Source: an uncultured Phycisphaerales bacterium (lineage in GTDB: Bacteria > Planctomycetota > Phycisphaerae > Phycisphaerales > SM1A02). From it: 64,000 nt of DNA. Position 1 is the stretch's first letter; each line of letters begins with the position of its first letter. Under the pieces are notes generated by a model that was given only the letters and a program-made list of their open reading frames with translations, searched no databases and was not told the origin of the DNA. Made by a program: the position numbers and the translations under genes. The stretch lies in NCBI GenBank assembly GCA_938084645.1, contig CALKEP010000005.1, positions 1-64,000 of the forward strand, written 5' to 3'. Shown in pieces: positions 1 through 9,565 of the stretch.

Positions 1-530
1 AATCCTAGCGTGCTCCGGCCCGGGACTGGACGATTTGAATGAATTTTATGAAAACAACCCCCACGGCGAGGCCTTGAATGCTATTCTCTTGAACGAATTG
101 AACGTTTCGCTCAATTCGCATTCATACGCCACCCCATGGCACGGCGGTGACGGGACTCGTTCCCGACACCGTCGTGCTTCTTTTCATGCCTCCAGGCGCG
201 AGTGAACGGGATGTTCGTCCGCAACTGCGAAGATCGTCCATGAGCGATCTCGATGCACCGGTCGAGAATCGAGGATGACGGGGGCGGAGGTGGATTTGGG
301 TCAGTCGCCGCTTCTTCATCGGAACGGCAGTTGCTCACGCGGCCGCACCAGGGCGGATCGGGCCGGGAATCGTGACGCGAGGCACGCGAGGCCACGCACG
401 AGCACCGCGATGTCTCTCGCGCGACCGCCGGGCGGAAGCCGGATCTCGTTGCCCCGAGGGCGAGATCGCTCCGCGTGCGTGGAATGTCGCCCGAGTTGAG
501 GGATCACTTCGAATCGAGGATCATCGTCGC

Positions 531-1262
531 ATGGACCACGTCGCCTTCCTGAAAGCGTTTCTCGGCCTCTTCGCCATGATGAACCCCATCGGGAACACGG
601 GGATCTTCATCTCGATGACGGGGGATCTGCCAGCTCGATTCAAGGCCAAGGCGGCCTTGAAGGTGACGATCGTGGTGTTGATCATCCTCATCGGGGCGGT
701 CTTCGGTGGCACCGCCATTCTCAATGCGTTTGGAATCTCCCTTCCCGCCTTCCAGCTTGCCGGCGGGCTCATCGTCCTTGGCATCGGTTTCAAGATGCTC
801 AAGGGTGGTGACAACGAGGCGCACACCACGCCGGAGGGCGAGAAGAAACTCCTTGACCTTCAGGCCGACGAGGTGAAAGTCAACAATGCGTTGATCGTGC
901 CGCTCTCGATGCCGATTCTCGGTGGCCCCGGCTCGATCACCACCGTCGTGACCGTGGCGGCGGCCTATCCGACGCTTTCCGGACAGATCGGCGCGGCCGC
1001 GGGAACCGCGGCGTTGACCCTGATCATGGGCGTGTGCTTCGCGCTCAGTGGTCTCCTCCAACGATTCATCACGCCGCACGCCCAGCAGATCATCCTCCGC
1101 TTCATGGGCATGATCCTGGTCGCGATCGCCGCGGACATGATGCTGACCGGATTCCAGCAGTCGGTGGGTGGCGGTGTGAAGCAGATCATTCCGGAAATCG
1201 TCGAAGAGGTCGATGCCGCTCAGGCCGCACGAGCCACCGATCCGTCCGTCACGACGAAATGA
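531..1262 (+). CDS. MarC family integral membrane protein
   Basis: LFAMMNPIGN, FGISLPAFQLAGG, IVPLSMPILGGPGSIT and RFMGMILVAIA motifs with ~6 hydrophobic segments. ATG 531 is preceded by GAGGA; the ORF track start at 372 looks over-extended. Confidence 0.9.
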   Translation: MDHVAFLKAFLGLFAMMNPIGNTGIFISMTGDLPARFKAKAALKVTIVVLIILIGAVFGGTAILNAFGISLPAFQLAGGLIVLGIGFKMLKGGDNEAHTTPEGEKKLLDLQADEVKVNNALIVPLSMPILGGPGSITTVVTVAAAYPTLSGQIGAAAGTAALTLIMGVCFALSGLLQRFITPHAQQIILRFMGMILVAIAADMMLTGFQQSVGGGVKQIIPEIVEEVDAAQAARATDPSVTTK

Positions 1263-1417
1263 GGGCCTTGATGCGGATCCAGCGGTACCGCTAGCATGGG
1301 CCCGGTTCCAGGGGTGAACTTCGGACTGAAGTTCTGAAGTTCTGATGGTCGCCATGAATCCCCAGCGATTCCGCGGGAGCGGATCGCCTTTGGCGAGCGT
1401 TGGAAAGGAGTGTCTCG

Positions 1418-1816
1418 ATGATTCGATCCGCCGATTCGGCCCGGGCCGATGCCGTCGACCGCAACGTGCTTGGCGGGGAGCTGAAGCCGTGCAGCATCGA
1501 GCCGCTGACCGGGTACTACCGCGATGGCTGCTGTCGCTCCGGTCCCGACGATCAAGGCATCCACTCGGTCTGCAGCCTGATGACCGCGGAATTCCTCGAG
1601 TTCAGCAAGGCCGCCGGGAACGATCTTTCGACGCCGCGGCCGGAGTGGGGGTTCGAGGGGTTGAAGCCGGGGGATCGCTGGTGCCTCTGTGCTGCGCGAT
1701 GGCGCGAGGCGGATGACGCCGGCGCCTCACCGCAGGTCTTTCTCGCGGCGACGCACGCCCGTACGCTCGAGGTGGTTCCGCTCGAGCGACTGCGGGCACG
1801 GGCGATCGACGGCTGA
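1418..1816 (+). CDS. DUF2237 family protein
   Basis: NVLGGELKPCS..PLTGYYRDGCC, GNDLSTP, LKPGDRWCLCAARW motifs. AAGGAG RBS at 1405-1410 before ATG 1418. Confidence 0.9.
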   Translation: MIRSADSARADAVDRNVLGGELKPCSIEPLTGYYRDGCCRSGPDDQGIHSVCSLMTAEFLEFSKAAGNDLSTPRPEWGFEGLKPGDRWCLCAARWREADDAGASPQVFLAATHARTLEVVPLERLRARAIDG

Positions 1817-1842
1817 ACCGCCCGGCACCCGTCGGCCTCCGC

Positions 1843-2274
1843 TCAGGGAAGAAATCTCGTCTCGTCACCGTCGCCGGGCAAGCGGCACGCGTCCGCCGGA
1901 CCGAACCAGCCCAGCCGGCGTTTCGCGATGAAGCGGTACGCGCCGTCACGAAGGAACTTCGGCAGCATCCGGCCCATCGAGGCGAACACCCTCCAGCCAC
2001 CGCCGACGGCCCGCAGCGCCGACAAGACCGCATCGCTCTCGGTCCATAGACCACGTTCATCCAGCAGCACCATCGTGGAGACGTCGGCCGGTCGGGGGCG
2101 GTCGAGTCCGGCGTAGGTGTCGCCCTGGAGTGGCGCGAATCGCAGCCTCGCACCCCGATCATGCCGCAGGAACCAGGCCACGCAGCGATGACACAGGCCG
2201 CATTCCCCGTCGTAGAAGAGCACCGGGGGCCGTTCGGTTTCCTGTTCGTTCGAGTGATGAGTCGCTCGCGGCAT
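1843..2274 (-). CDS. DCC1-like thiol-disulfide oxidoreductase (DUF393)
   Basis: VLFYDGECGLCH (DxxCxxC), LRFAPLQG and RDGAYRFIAKRR..WFG motifs. This is the C-terminal part of the long antisense ORF 1843-4572; start re-chosen at ATG 2274. Confidence 0.88.
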   Translation of the reverse strand: MPRATHHSNEQETERPPVLFYDGECGLCHRCVAWFLRHDRGARLRFAPLQGDTYAGLDRPRPADVSTMVLLDERGLWTESDAVLSALRAVGGGWRVFASMGRMLPKFLRDGAYRFIAKRRLGWFGPADACRLPGDGDETRFLP

Positions 2275-2309
2275 GCGGGGTTCTCCTGGAGAGCTCGTCT
2301 TCGCGCGGG

Positions 2310-3065
2310 TCAGTCCGTCGCTCGACTCGCGGGCACCGGCGAGAAGCCCTTGACCCGCACGCCATTCGAGCAGTGGAGCACCGGGGTTCCCTCGACGTCG
2401 ATGCCTGCCGCGCGAACCAGACCGGTGTCGACTCGATCTGCGGTCGCCGAACGCAGATCCCAGGGAGGATGATCCACGCGGCCGCGAATCAACCGCCCGC
2501 GACGCATCGAGTACAGATGATATCGCTCCACGAGGAAGTGCTCGAGGGAGTCGGGCGCCGGCCGCGGGATCGGTGGACCGGGCGTCCAGTCGAGCCGACC
2601 CGTGCCGTCGCCTCGATGACGAGTGAGTTGGTACCGGAACGACGCGCCGGCCCGCTCTCGTCGGAAGCGGGCGAGCCGATAGTTCAGCCCCCAGGCCACG
2701 CGGCCACCGATCACCGCGAGTCGCGACTCGGCGTCGAGGGAGAAGAACCACACCCCCGGAATGCCGCGATGTCGCACGTAGGTCCGGACGTTGCATTCGA
2801 GAAACGTGCCGAGGCCGGGGAGGGACGGGACCCCTCGGAAGTCGCAGTCCCGCATCTCGAACGGGATCAGGCCGATCCAGGCCGAGCCGTCGTGGAGGTC
2901 GAGTTCCAATTCGGGCGGGATCAGGGGCCGGAGGATCTCGGGCGAGACCCGCCAGTGGGCGAACGCGATGTCCGCCCAGGTCATGAGCACCGCGGGGGTT
3001 CGCGCCGGAAGTTCGGGAAGGTCGTTCATCGAGGGGCTCGCGGTCGGCTTGTTGGACGGTAGCAT
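2310..3065 (-). CDS. YqjF / DUF2071 family protein
   Basis: MTWADIAFAHW, FLECNVRTYV, GVWFFSLDA, LEHFLVERY and VDHPPWDL motifs. Start is ATG 3065 or 3029. Confidence 0.88.
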   Translation of the reverse strand: MLPSNKPTASPSMNDLPELPARTPAVLMTWADIAFAHWRVSPEILRPLIPPELELDLHDGSAWIGLIPFEMRDCDFRGVPSLPGLGTFLECNVRTYVRHRGIPGVWFFSLDAESRLAVIGGRVAWGLNYRLARFRRERAGASFRYQLTRHRGDGTGRLDWTPGPPIPRPAPDSLEHFLVERYHLYSMRRGRLIRGRVDHPPWDLRSATADRVDTGLVRAAGIDVEGTPVLHCSNGVRVKGFSPVPASRATD

Positions 3066-3120
3066 CTCGGTTTCCGTCGAGCCGGTTCGACGTGGATTTC
3101 GGTGAGCGAGGAGCGGCGTC

Positions 3121-4809
3121 ATGGCGGCAGACAAGTCGGAAGTCCCCATCTATTCGATGATCGGCGTCACCAAGCGGGTGGGCAAGAAGGACATCCTCAA
3201 GGACATCAATCTCAGCTACTTCCACGGGGCGAAGATCGGCGTGCTGGGCCTCAACGGTTCGGGCAAGTCGACCCTGCTGAAGATCCTCGCGGGCATCGAC
3301 ACCGAATTCGACGGCCATACCGAGATCAAACGCGGGTTCACGATCGGTTACCTCGAGCAGGAGCCGCTGGTCGACGAGTCCAGGACCGTCCGGGAGATCG
3401 TCGAGGAGGGCGCGGGTGAGACCGTGGCCCTGTTGCGGGAGTTCGAGGAGATCAACGGCCGCTTCGCCGAAGAGATGTCCGCGGACGACATGGAGAAGCT
3501 CCTGGAGAAGCAGGGTGAAGTCCAGGAGCGGTTGGACGCGCTCGATGCCTGGAATCTCGAGAGCCGGTTGAAGCAGGCGATGGACGCCCTCCGGTGTCCG
3601 CCCGAGGACCAGTCCTGCGAGACCCTCTCGGGCGGCGAGAAACGACGGGTGGCCCTCTGCCGACTCCTTCTCACCCAACCCGACATCCTGCTGCTCGACG
3701 AGCCGACGAACCATCTCGACGCGGAGAGCATCGCCTGGCTCGAGCAGCACCTGCAACGCTACACCGGCACGGTCATCGCGGTCACCCATGATCGGTACTT
3801 CCTCGACAACGTCGCCGGCTGGATCCTCGAACTCGATCGAGGCGAGGGGATCCCCTGGCGGGGCAACTACTCCTCCTGGCTCGATCAGAAGGACAAGCGG
3901 CTCGCGGTGGAGGCCCGTGGCGAGGACAAGCGTCGCAAGGCCCTGCAGCGAGAGCTCAAGTGGATCCAGCAGAATCCGAAGGGACGTCAGTCGAAGAACA
4001 AGGCTCGAATCGCCTCGTACGAGAAGATGCTCGGTGAACAGGGACGCGAGAAGCTGGCGGAGATCGAGATCTGGATCCCACCCGGCCCGAGGCTCGGCGA
4101 TCGGGTCATCACCGCGAAGTCCGTCTCCAAGGCGTTCGGCGAGAAGCTGCTCTTCGACGACCTGACGTTCTCGCTTCCTCCGGGCGGCGTGGTCGGCGTC
4201 GTGGGCCCGAACGGCGCGGGAAAGACGACGATGTTCAAGATGATCACCGGCGACGACCAGGTGGATGCGGGTGCATTCGAGGTCGGCGAGACCGTCAAGC
4301 TCGGATACGTCGAGCAGGGCCGCGATTCCCTGCCGGCGGGCAAGTCCATCTGGGAGGCGATCACCGACGGCGACGAGGAACTGAAGCTCGGAAACGCCAC
4401 GGTCAACAGCCGGGCCTACGTCAGCCGCTTCGGATTCACGGGTACCGCTCAGCAGAAATGCGTGGACGACCTCTCGGGCGGCGAGCGGAATCGGGTGCAC
4501 CTCGCCCGGATGCTCCGGAGCGAGTGCAACGTGCTCCTGCTCGACGAACCCACCAACGATCTCGACGTCCATACGCTTCGAGCGCTCGAGGATGCGATCG
4601 AGTCATTCGCGGGTTGCGCGGTCGTGATCAGCCATGATCGCTGGTTCCTCGACCGGATCACCACCCACATCCTCGCGTTCGAGGGCGACAGCGTGGTGAA
4701 GTGGTGGGAGGGCGACTGGTCGAGCTATGAGGCGGATCGGCGGAAACGGCTCGGGGAGGATGCGACGAATCCGAGCCGGATCAAGTATCGACGCCTCGTC
4801 CGGGACTGA
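3121..4809 (+). CDS. ettA: Energy-dependent translational throttle protein EttA (ABC-F)
   Basis: Two ABC domains (GLNGSGKS/LSGGE/LLLDEPTNHLD and GPNGAGKT/LSGGE/LLLDEPTNDLD) with no TM segments. EttA-typical GAKIGVLG, WILELDRGEGIPWRGNYSSWL and C-terminal RIKYRRL. Confidence 0.95.
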   Translation: MAADKSEVPIYSMIGVTKRVGKKDILKDINLSYFHGAKIGVLGLNGSGKSTLLKILAGIDTEFDGHTEIKRGFTIGYLEQEPLVDESRTVREIVEEGAGETVALLREFEEINGRFAEEMSADDMEKLLEKQGEVQERLDALDAWNLESRLKQAMDALRCPPEDQSCETLSGGEKRRVALCRLLLTQPDILLLDEPTNHLDAESIAWLEQHLQRYTGTVIAVTHDRYFLDNVAGWILELDRGEGIPWRGNYSSWLDQKDKRLAVEARGEDKRRKALQRELKWIQQNPKGRQSKNKARIASYEKMLGEQGREKLAEIEIWIPPGPRLGDRVITAKSVSKAFGEKLLFDDLTFSLPPGGVVGVVGPNGAGKTTMFKMITGDDQVDAGAFEVGETVKLGYVEQGRDSLPAGKSIWEAITDGDEELKLGNATVNSRAYVSRFGFTGTAQQKCVDDLSGGERNRVHLARMLRSECNVLLLDEPTNDLDVHTLRALEDAIESFAGCAVVISHDRWFLDRITTHILAFEGDSVVKWWEGDWSSYEADRRKRLGEDATNPSRIKYRRLVRD

Positions 4810-4843
4810 CCATGCATGATCCATGCTGATCATGTGATCTCGA

Positions 4844-4876
4844 ACGCCGGTCCTCCCATCGGGGAGAACCGGCGTC
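4844..4876. terminator. Stem-loop between convergent ettA and the lipoprotein gene (probable terminator)
   Basis: ACGCCGGTCCTCCC / GGGAGAACCGGCGT inverted repeat with one mismatch, located in a convergent gap. The U-tract is weak. Confidence 0.55.
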
Positions 4877-4918
4877 GTTCGTTCCGCGACCGTGCGTCGG
4901 CGACCGGGACGCGTCGGA

Positions 4919-5269
4919 TCACTTGAATCGATCGAGGGTCATCGACTTGCCGGTCGTCTGATCGGTGAAGACGGCGGTGTCGTCCCCCGTCGAGACCTGG
5001 TAGACCCGCGGCGGAATCCCCTGGCCGGCGAGGGTGATCTGTTCCCCTTCGGTGGTGTAGCGTCCGCTCACGGCGCGGGTGGTGTCGCCGTACTTCGCTT
5101 CCGCGGTGAACGTACCGTCGGGCGCAAAGGTCACGGCACCGAACGAGAACGGCGCCTCATCGCTGGTGGCCCGCCCCTCCCAGGTTCCCACGACCGGGCT
5201 TGAGGTGGCGTTGCATCCGGCCAGCGACAGGATTCCGAGGAGAACGGCGGAGGAGAGGACATGGCGCAT
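4919..5269 (-). CDS. Small putative lipoprotein (beta-rich)
   Basis: MRHVLSSAVLLGILSLAG-C lipobox, followed by VVGTWEG..VTFAPDGTF..SGRY. Confidence 0.75.
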   Translation of the reverse strand: MRHVLSSAVLLGILSLAGCNATSSPVVGTWEGRATSDEAPFSFGAVTFAPDGTFTAEAKYGDTTRAVSGRYTTEGEQITLAGQGIPPRVYQVSTGDDTAVFTDQTTGKSMTLDRFK

Positions 5270-5504
5270 CGTGGGTTCCAGGCGGTGGATGGGGAATCGG
5301 GGCGTGACCCGTCCATCGGGACCGGTCCGTCGACAATGATGCCCGCTTCTCCAACCGGTCACAAGTCGAGGTCCGGATCGAGGCCGCGGCGGGTGGCCGG
5401 AGTTTTTCGGTCATCAAACGATGAGTCGGCTTGGATACCTGAGGTCCCCGGGGATACGATTCGAGACCTCGGAATCGACGATTGACCCGCGGAGCAGCCA
5501 GCAC

Positions 5505-6665
5505 GTGAACTCAAGATCGACCACTGCCACCGTCATCGCCGGAATTCCGATCGCCGACATGTCGCTGTATCGCCAGATCCGCTTCCTGGTCGGCGATCCT
5601 GCCGCGTGGATCGAACTGGAGAGGGACGGCGAGCGACGATCGACGCTCATGGTGAGAGACATCGAAATGGATCGAGCGAGGGTGACCGCCCGGGCGGACG
5701 AGGTCACCTGTCCCGCGGAGTTCGAACCGTCCGGTGGACTCTCCGGGGATCGAGCAATCGCCACGGCGCAGGCGACGGCGGAATTCCTGATTCGACACGA
5801 CATCGATCGGGCCGTGGTGCATCGTGATCTTCCGATGCTCTTCGCTGATTGTCTTCGCGAACGAGGAATCGAGGTGGTCTGCGATCGTGACCTGGGCGTG
5901 GTCGATCGGCGGTCGAAGGATGCGGAGGAGATCGAGCATCTGCGCCATGCGCAGAGGGTGACCGAGTCCGCGGTGAGGCTGGCATGCGAGGCGATCGCGC
6001 GAGCCGGCGTGGACTCGGAGGGAAGGCTGATCCACGATGGCGCGGTTCTCACCAGCGAGATCGTTCGATCGATGGTCGATCTCCATCTCATCAATGCGGG
6101 CTTCCTGTCGCGTCCGGCGATCATCGCGGGAGGTCCGATGGGCGCGGATTGTCACGAACTGGGAACCGGTCCGCTGCGGACCGGCGAACCGGTGATCGTC
6201 GACATCTTTCCGCAGGACAAGAAGACCCGGTACAACGGTGACTGCACTCGAACGGTGGTTCACGGGGAGGTGTCCGGTCCTCTTGCGGCGATGCACGCCG
6301 CCGTGGTGGCCGCCCGAGCCGCTTCGGAAGCCGCCACTCGCGCTGGCGTGAGCGGAGAGGCCGTGCACGAAGCCGGCATCGCGGAGATTCGAGCCCGTGG
6401 CTTCGGAGTCGGGCTCCCCCCGGAAGGGGATGTCGACTACTGCGGCATGGTGCACGGGACGGGGCACGGGCTCGGGCTCGAAGTCCACGAATTGCCGTTG
6501 CTGGACTTCAAGGGGCCGGAGCTCGTGGTCGGTGATGCGCTCACCATCGAGCCCGGGCTCTATGACGCTCGCCTGGGTGGCATCCGGGTCGAGGATCTGG
6601 TGATCGTCACCGCCGAAGGATGCGTCAACGCGAACACGCTCCCGGAAGGCCTCGACTGGCGCTGA
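5505..6665 (+). CDS. Xaa-Pro aminopeptidase (M24 family)
   Basis: VDIFP, YNGDCTRT, HGTGHGLGLEVHE, TIEPGLY and GIRVED metal-ligand motifs. GTG 5505 is preceded by GGAG; ATG 5421 is an alternative start. Confidence 0.92.
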   Translation: MNSRSTTATVIAGIPIADMSLYRQIRFLVGDPAAWIELERDGERRSTLMVRDIEMDRARVTARADEVTCPAEFEPSGGLSGDRAIATAQATAEFLIRHDIDRAVVHRDLPMLFADCLRERGIEVVCDRDLGVVDRRSKDAEEIEHLRHAQRVTESAVRLACEAIARAGVDSEGRLIHDGAVLTSEIVRSMVDLHLINAGFLSRPAIIAGGPMGADCHELGTGPLRTGEPVIVDIFPQDKKTRYNGDCTRTVVHGEVSGPLAAMHAAVVAARAASEAATRAGVSGEAVHEAGIAEIRARGFGVGLPPEGDVDYCGMVHGTGHGLGLEVHELPLLDFKGPELVVGDALTIEPGLYDARLGGIRVEDLVIVTAEGCVNANTLPEGLDWR

Positions 6666-6681
6666 GTCTGAGTCTTCGCGT

Positions 6682-7326
6682 TCAGCCGGCGGCGGCCCGC
6701 AGCGCGTCCGCCAACGCCTGGTGGAGACGCTCGTGGTCCGTGACGGAGTCGAGGACGGCTCGAAGCGCGTCGATTCGCTGGGGGCCGGAAAGGCCGGGGT
6801 CGAGGCCCTCGATGGCCGAATCCCCGAGCCGCTCCAGCGCGGCGAGCGTCCACTCGAGGTCGGGCTGTTCGAGGTGAGCGGGCGGATCGACGCGGGTTCG
6901 CACGGTGCTGCCACCGATCGCGACGATGGTCACCAGACCCATGCGATTCACCGGCTCGCGGCACACCACCAGCACGGGGACCTCGAGCTGAAGCGCCGCG
7001 ATCCGGAGTCGTCGGGCGTCCGCACCGACGCCGTTCGGCTCGATGAGATACACGCCCGCTTCGACGGATTCGATCTCGCCGGGCACCGAATCGAGGACGT
7101 CGACGTGGCCCTTGGCGGCGTCGATCGCCAGGAGGGCGCGCTGTCGACGGGCCTCCTGCAGTGGAAGACACGCCCGTGCCGCGGATTCATGATCCCCCGA
7201 CTCGATGGCGAGGTCGAGGGCGGCGACCGCATGGCGTTCGGCTTCGAACCAGGCCGTCTGCTTCATCGCGGTCTCGGTCTTCTCGAGCAGGGTCTCGATT
7301 CGTCGGTGCGTCGTCTTGGTCGCCAT
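6682..7326 (-). CDS. Hypothetical protein (helical N-terminus plus alpha/beta segment)
   Basis: Coding-like composition from MATKTTHRRIETLLEK. It is the last gene of the same-strand run downstream of lpxC/fabZ, 22 bp after the previous gene. Confidence 0.75.
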   Translation of the reverse strand: MATKTTHRRIETLLEKTETAMKQTAWFEAERHAVAALDLAIESGDHESAARACLPLQEARRQRALLAIDAAKGHVDVLDSVPGEIESVEAGVYLIEPNGVGADARRLRIAALQLEVPVLVVCREPVNRMGLVTIVAIGGSTVRTRVDPPAHLEQPDLEWTLAALERLGDSAIEGLDPGLSGPQRIDALRAVLDSVTDHERLHQALADALRAAAG

Positions 7327-7348
7327 GGTGTTCGCCGGGTCTTCCTGT

Positions 7349-7981
7349 TCAGGAGTTCGAATCGCCCGCGTCTTCTCCGGCCGCTTCGAAGCGGTGGTGA
7401 AGTCCGTCGAGCAGGGTCCGCCACGCGGTGGTGGACTCCGGGAGTTCGTAGAGGAGGCAGTCGCAGGTCGCCGAGACGTCTTCCGCGACCATCGCATCCT
7501 TGAGTCGACCGAGTCGCTTCTGCAGATCGATGATCGCGTCGGTGAGCCTGACGCCGTCGAACTCCACGTCCTCGGTCGGGATCTCGGCGAGCGAGAGTCC
7601 CTGGACGACGGCGTCGCGGATGCCCGACCAGCCCTCGAGCGACTGCATGAGCGAGGCCATGCCCTCGGCGGCACGGCCGCCCTGCATGGCCTCCGCCGCG
7701 ATCTTCTGCTCGCGTTCGGCGGCGGCGAGCGTCTCCGCCGCCTGCAGGAAGGTGTCCCGCAGGAGTGCCTCCATCGTCGTCGTGAGCATGTGGACCTCTT
7801 CTGCGGCGTCCTGAAGACGGCTCGCGGTCTGGAGTTCCTCGTCGGTGAGCATCGCGCCGTCGACCCGGACCTCGACCACCAGTCGGCCGGCCTTCTCCGC
7901 GGCCTCGGCGGCGATGGCGATGGCCTCGCCCACGGTGCCCGCCGGGATCTCGCAGGGGTTCTCGTCGAGGAGGATGCGCAT
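7349..7981 (-). CDS. Hypothetical acidic helical protein
   Basis: MRILLDENPC..VVEVRVDG N-terminus, a long E/A/L-rich helical body and DCLLYELP near the C-terminus. Confidence 0.75.
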   Translation of the reverse strand: MRILLDENPCEIPAGTVGEAIAIAAEAAEKAGRLVVEVRVDGAMLTDEELQTASRLQDAAEEVHMLTTTMEALLRDTFLQAAETLAAAEREQKIAAEAMQGGRAAEGMASLMQSLEGWSGIRDAVVQGLSLAEIPTEDVEFDGVRLTDAIIDLQKRLGRLKDAMVAEDVSATCDCLLYELPESTTAWRTLLDGLHHRFEAAGEDAGDSNS

Positions 7982-8149
7982 GGGTCGACTCCGAATGGAG
8001 GGTGCTGGAGGAGGGCTTCCCGGTGACATCGGCATTCCGGAGCCCGTGGATCAGCCGAAACCGCCCCGAGTGGGTCGAATCGAGCCCCGAAGAGGACGTC
8101 GGGCATCGAACGAGGGCGGTGCTCGGGGCTGCGGAGGCCGAGGCGGGGG

Positions 8150-9541
8150 TCAGTCCTGCTCGGCGTCGACGAGCATGAACTTGATCTGGGCTTCGGCCGC
8201 GACTCGATCGTCCACCATGGCCTTGCACTGGACGTGGCCGAGCCGCGCACTGGCACGCACGCGTTCGGCTTCGAGGACCAGTTGATCGCCGGGGCCGACG
8301 GGCTTCCGAAGCTTGACCTTGTCGAGGCTCAGCAGCACGGCGATCTTGCCGGTGTGTTCGAGTCGCTGGCTGAGCAACAGGCCACCCAGCTGGGCCATCG
8401 CCTCGATGATGAGCACGCCCGGCATGATCGGGGTTCCGGGGTAGTGACCCTGGAAGAACGGCTCGTTCATCGTCACGTTCTTGATGCCCACGGCGCGATG
8501 TTCGCCATCCATCTCGATCACTCGATCCACGAGCAGCATCGGATATCGATGGGGAAGCGTCCGCTGGATGGTTCGGATGTCCATGACCCGACCGTGCTGG
8601 ACGCTGAAGCGACGATCCGCCGCCGCCATCTGCTCGCGAATGGCGAGCCCGAGCCGGCGATTGAGTCCGTGGCCGGATCGATAGGCGACCACGCGGCAAC
8701 GGACCGGACAGCCGACCAGATAGAGGTCGCCGAGCATGTCGAGGATCTTGTGGCGGACGGGTTCGTCGTCGAAGCGATAGGTGTTCTCGATGGGCCCGTC
8801 GTCGCCGATGACCAGCACGTCCTTCGGCGTCAGGTGCCGGCCGATGCCGCGCTCCCACATCGCCTTCGCCTCCTCCTCGAGACTGAAGGTCCGGGCCGAG
8901 CAGAGGTTCTGCACGTAGTCCTCGACGGCGGTGTCCCAGTTCAGGACCTGTCGCTTGATGCGTCCGCCGAAGGCGTTGTAGTCGAGATCGAACACCACCC
9001 GCATGCCGGGTGTCTTGTGCGGGATCGCGGCGATCATCGCGTCCCCCTCGTCGATCACGATCGCCTCCTGAAGATCGAAGAATCGACGATCGGCATCCTG
9101 CTCCACGACCCCGACCTCGAGCATGGGATCGACGAACGGCCGGGCGGATCCGTCACCTCCGGGAAGTTCCGGGCCGTGGATCCTGATCAGGGCGTTGTCG
9201 ATGCCGAGCCCCGCGAGCGCCGACATGCAGTGCTCGACGGTCTCGATGGTGGCCTCGCCGGACTTCAGGGTCGTTCTGCGTCCACGGGGCACCACGTTCT
9301 CGACGAGCGCGGGGATTCGGACCGGCGGGTCGAGATCGTTTCGCTCGAACACGATCCCGTGATCCGGATCGGCGGGTTCGATCACGACCTCGACGGGAGC
9401 GCCGAGCAGGAGCCCCAGTCCCTTGACGGTGATCGGTGCGGCGAGCGTGTGCTGTCGCGACGCGACCGCCGGGGGGGTCGCCGAATCGTCGGCGTCCTCG
9501 GTCGTGGGGTCGGTCTCGGTCTCGGTTCCTGATCTCAGCAT
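8150..9541 (-). CDS. lpxC: Bifunctional UDP-3-O-acyl-GlcNAc deacetylase / 3-hydroxyacyl-ACP dehydratase (LpxC-FabZ fusion)
   Basis: LpxC motifs TVEHCMSAL, ELPGGDGSA, SARTF and HKILDMLGDL...GH, fused in frame to FabZ motifs LPHRYPMLLVDRV and FFQGHYPGTPIMPGVLIIEAMAQ. Confidence 0.95.
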   Translation of the reverse strand: MLRSGTETETDPTTEDADDSATPPAVASRQHTLAAPITVKGLGLLLGAPVEVVIEPADPDHGIVFERNDLDPPVRIPALVENVVPRGRRTTLKSGEATIETVEHCMSALAGLGIDNALIRIHGPELPGGDGSARPFVDPMLEVGVVEQDADRRFFDLQEAIVIDEGDAMIAAIPHKTPGMRVVFDLDYNAFGGRIKRQVLNWDTAVEDYVQNLCSARTFSLEEEAKAMWERGIGRHLTPKDVLVIGDDGPIENTYRFDDEPVRHKILDMLGDLYLVGCPVRCRVVAYRSGHGLNRRLGLAIREQMAAADRRFSVQHGRVMDIRTIQRTLPHRYPMLLVDRVIEMDGEHRAVGIKNVTMNEPFFQGHYPGTPIMPGVLIIEAMAQLGGLLLSQRLEHTGKIAVLLSLDKVKLRKPVGPGDQLVLEAERVRASARLGHVQCKAMVDDRVAAEAQIKFMLVDAEQD

Positions 9542-9565
9542 GACGGTGGTGGGGGCGCGTGGGGG

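Noticed and set aside
1843..4572. 909-aa minus-strand ORF
   Set aside because: Mostly the antisense shadow of ettA and an off-frame read of the YqjF gene. Only the last 143 aa (DCC1-like) look real.
4811..4840. Cluster of CATG/GATC words after ettA, and the CGGCATGCGA tandem at 16132-16151
   Set aside because: Too short and irregular to call a repeat array. There are no spacers and no function can be supported.
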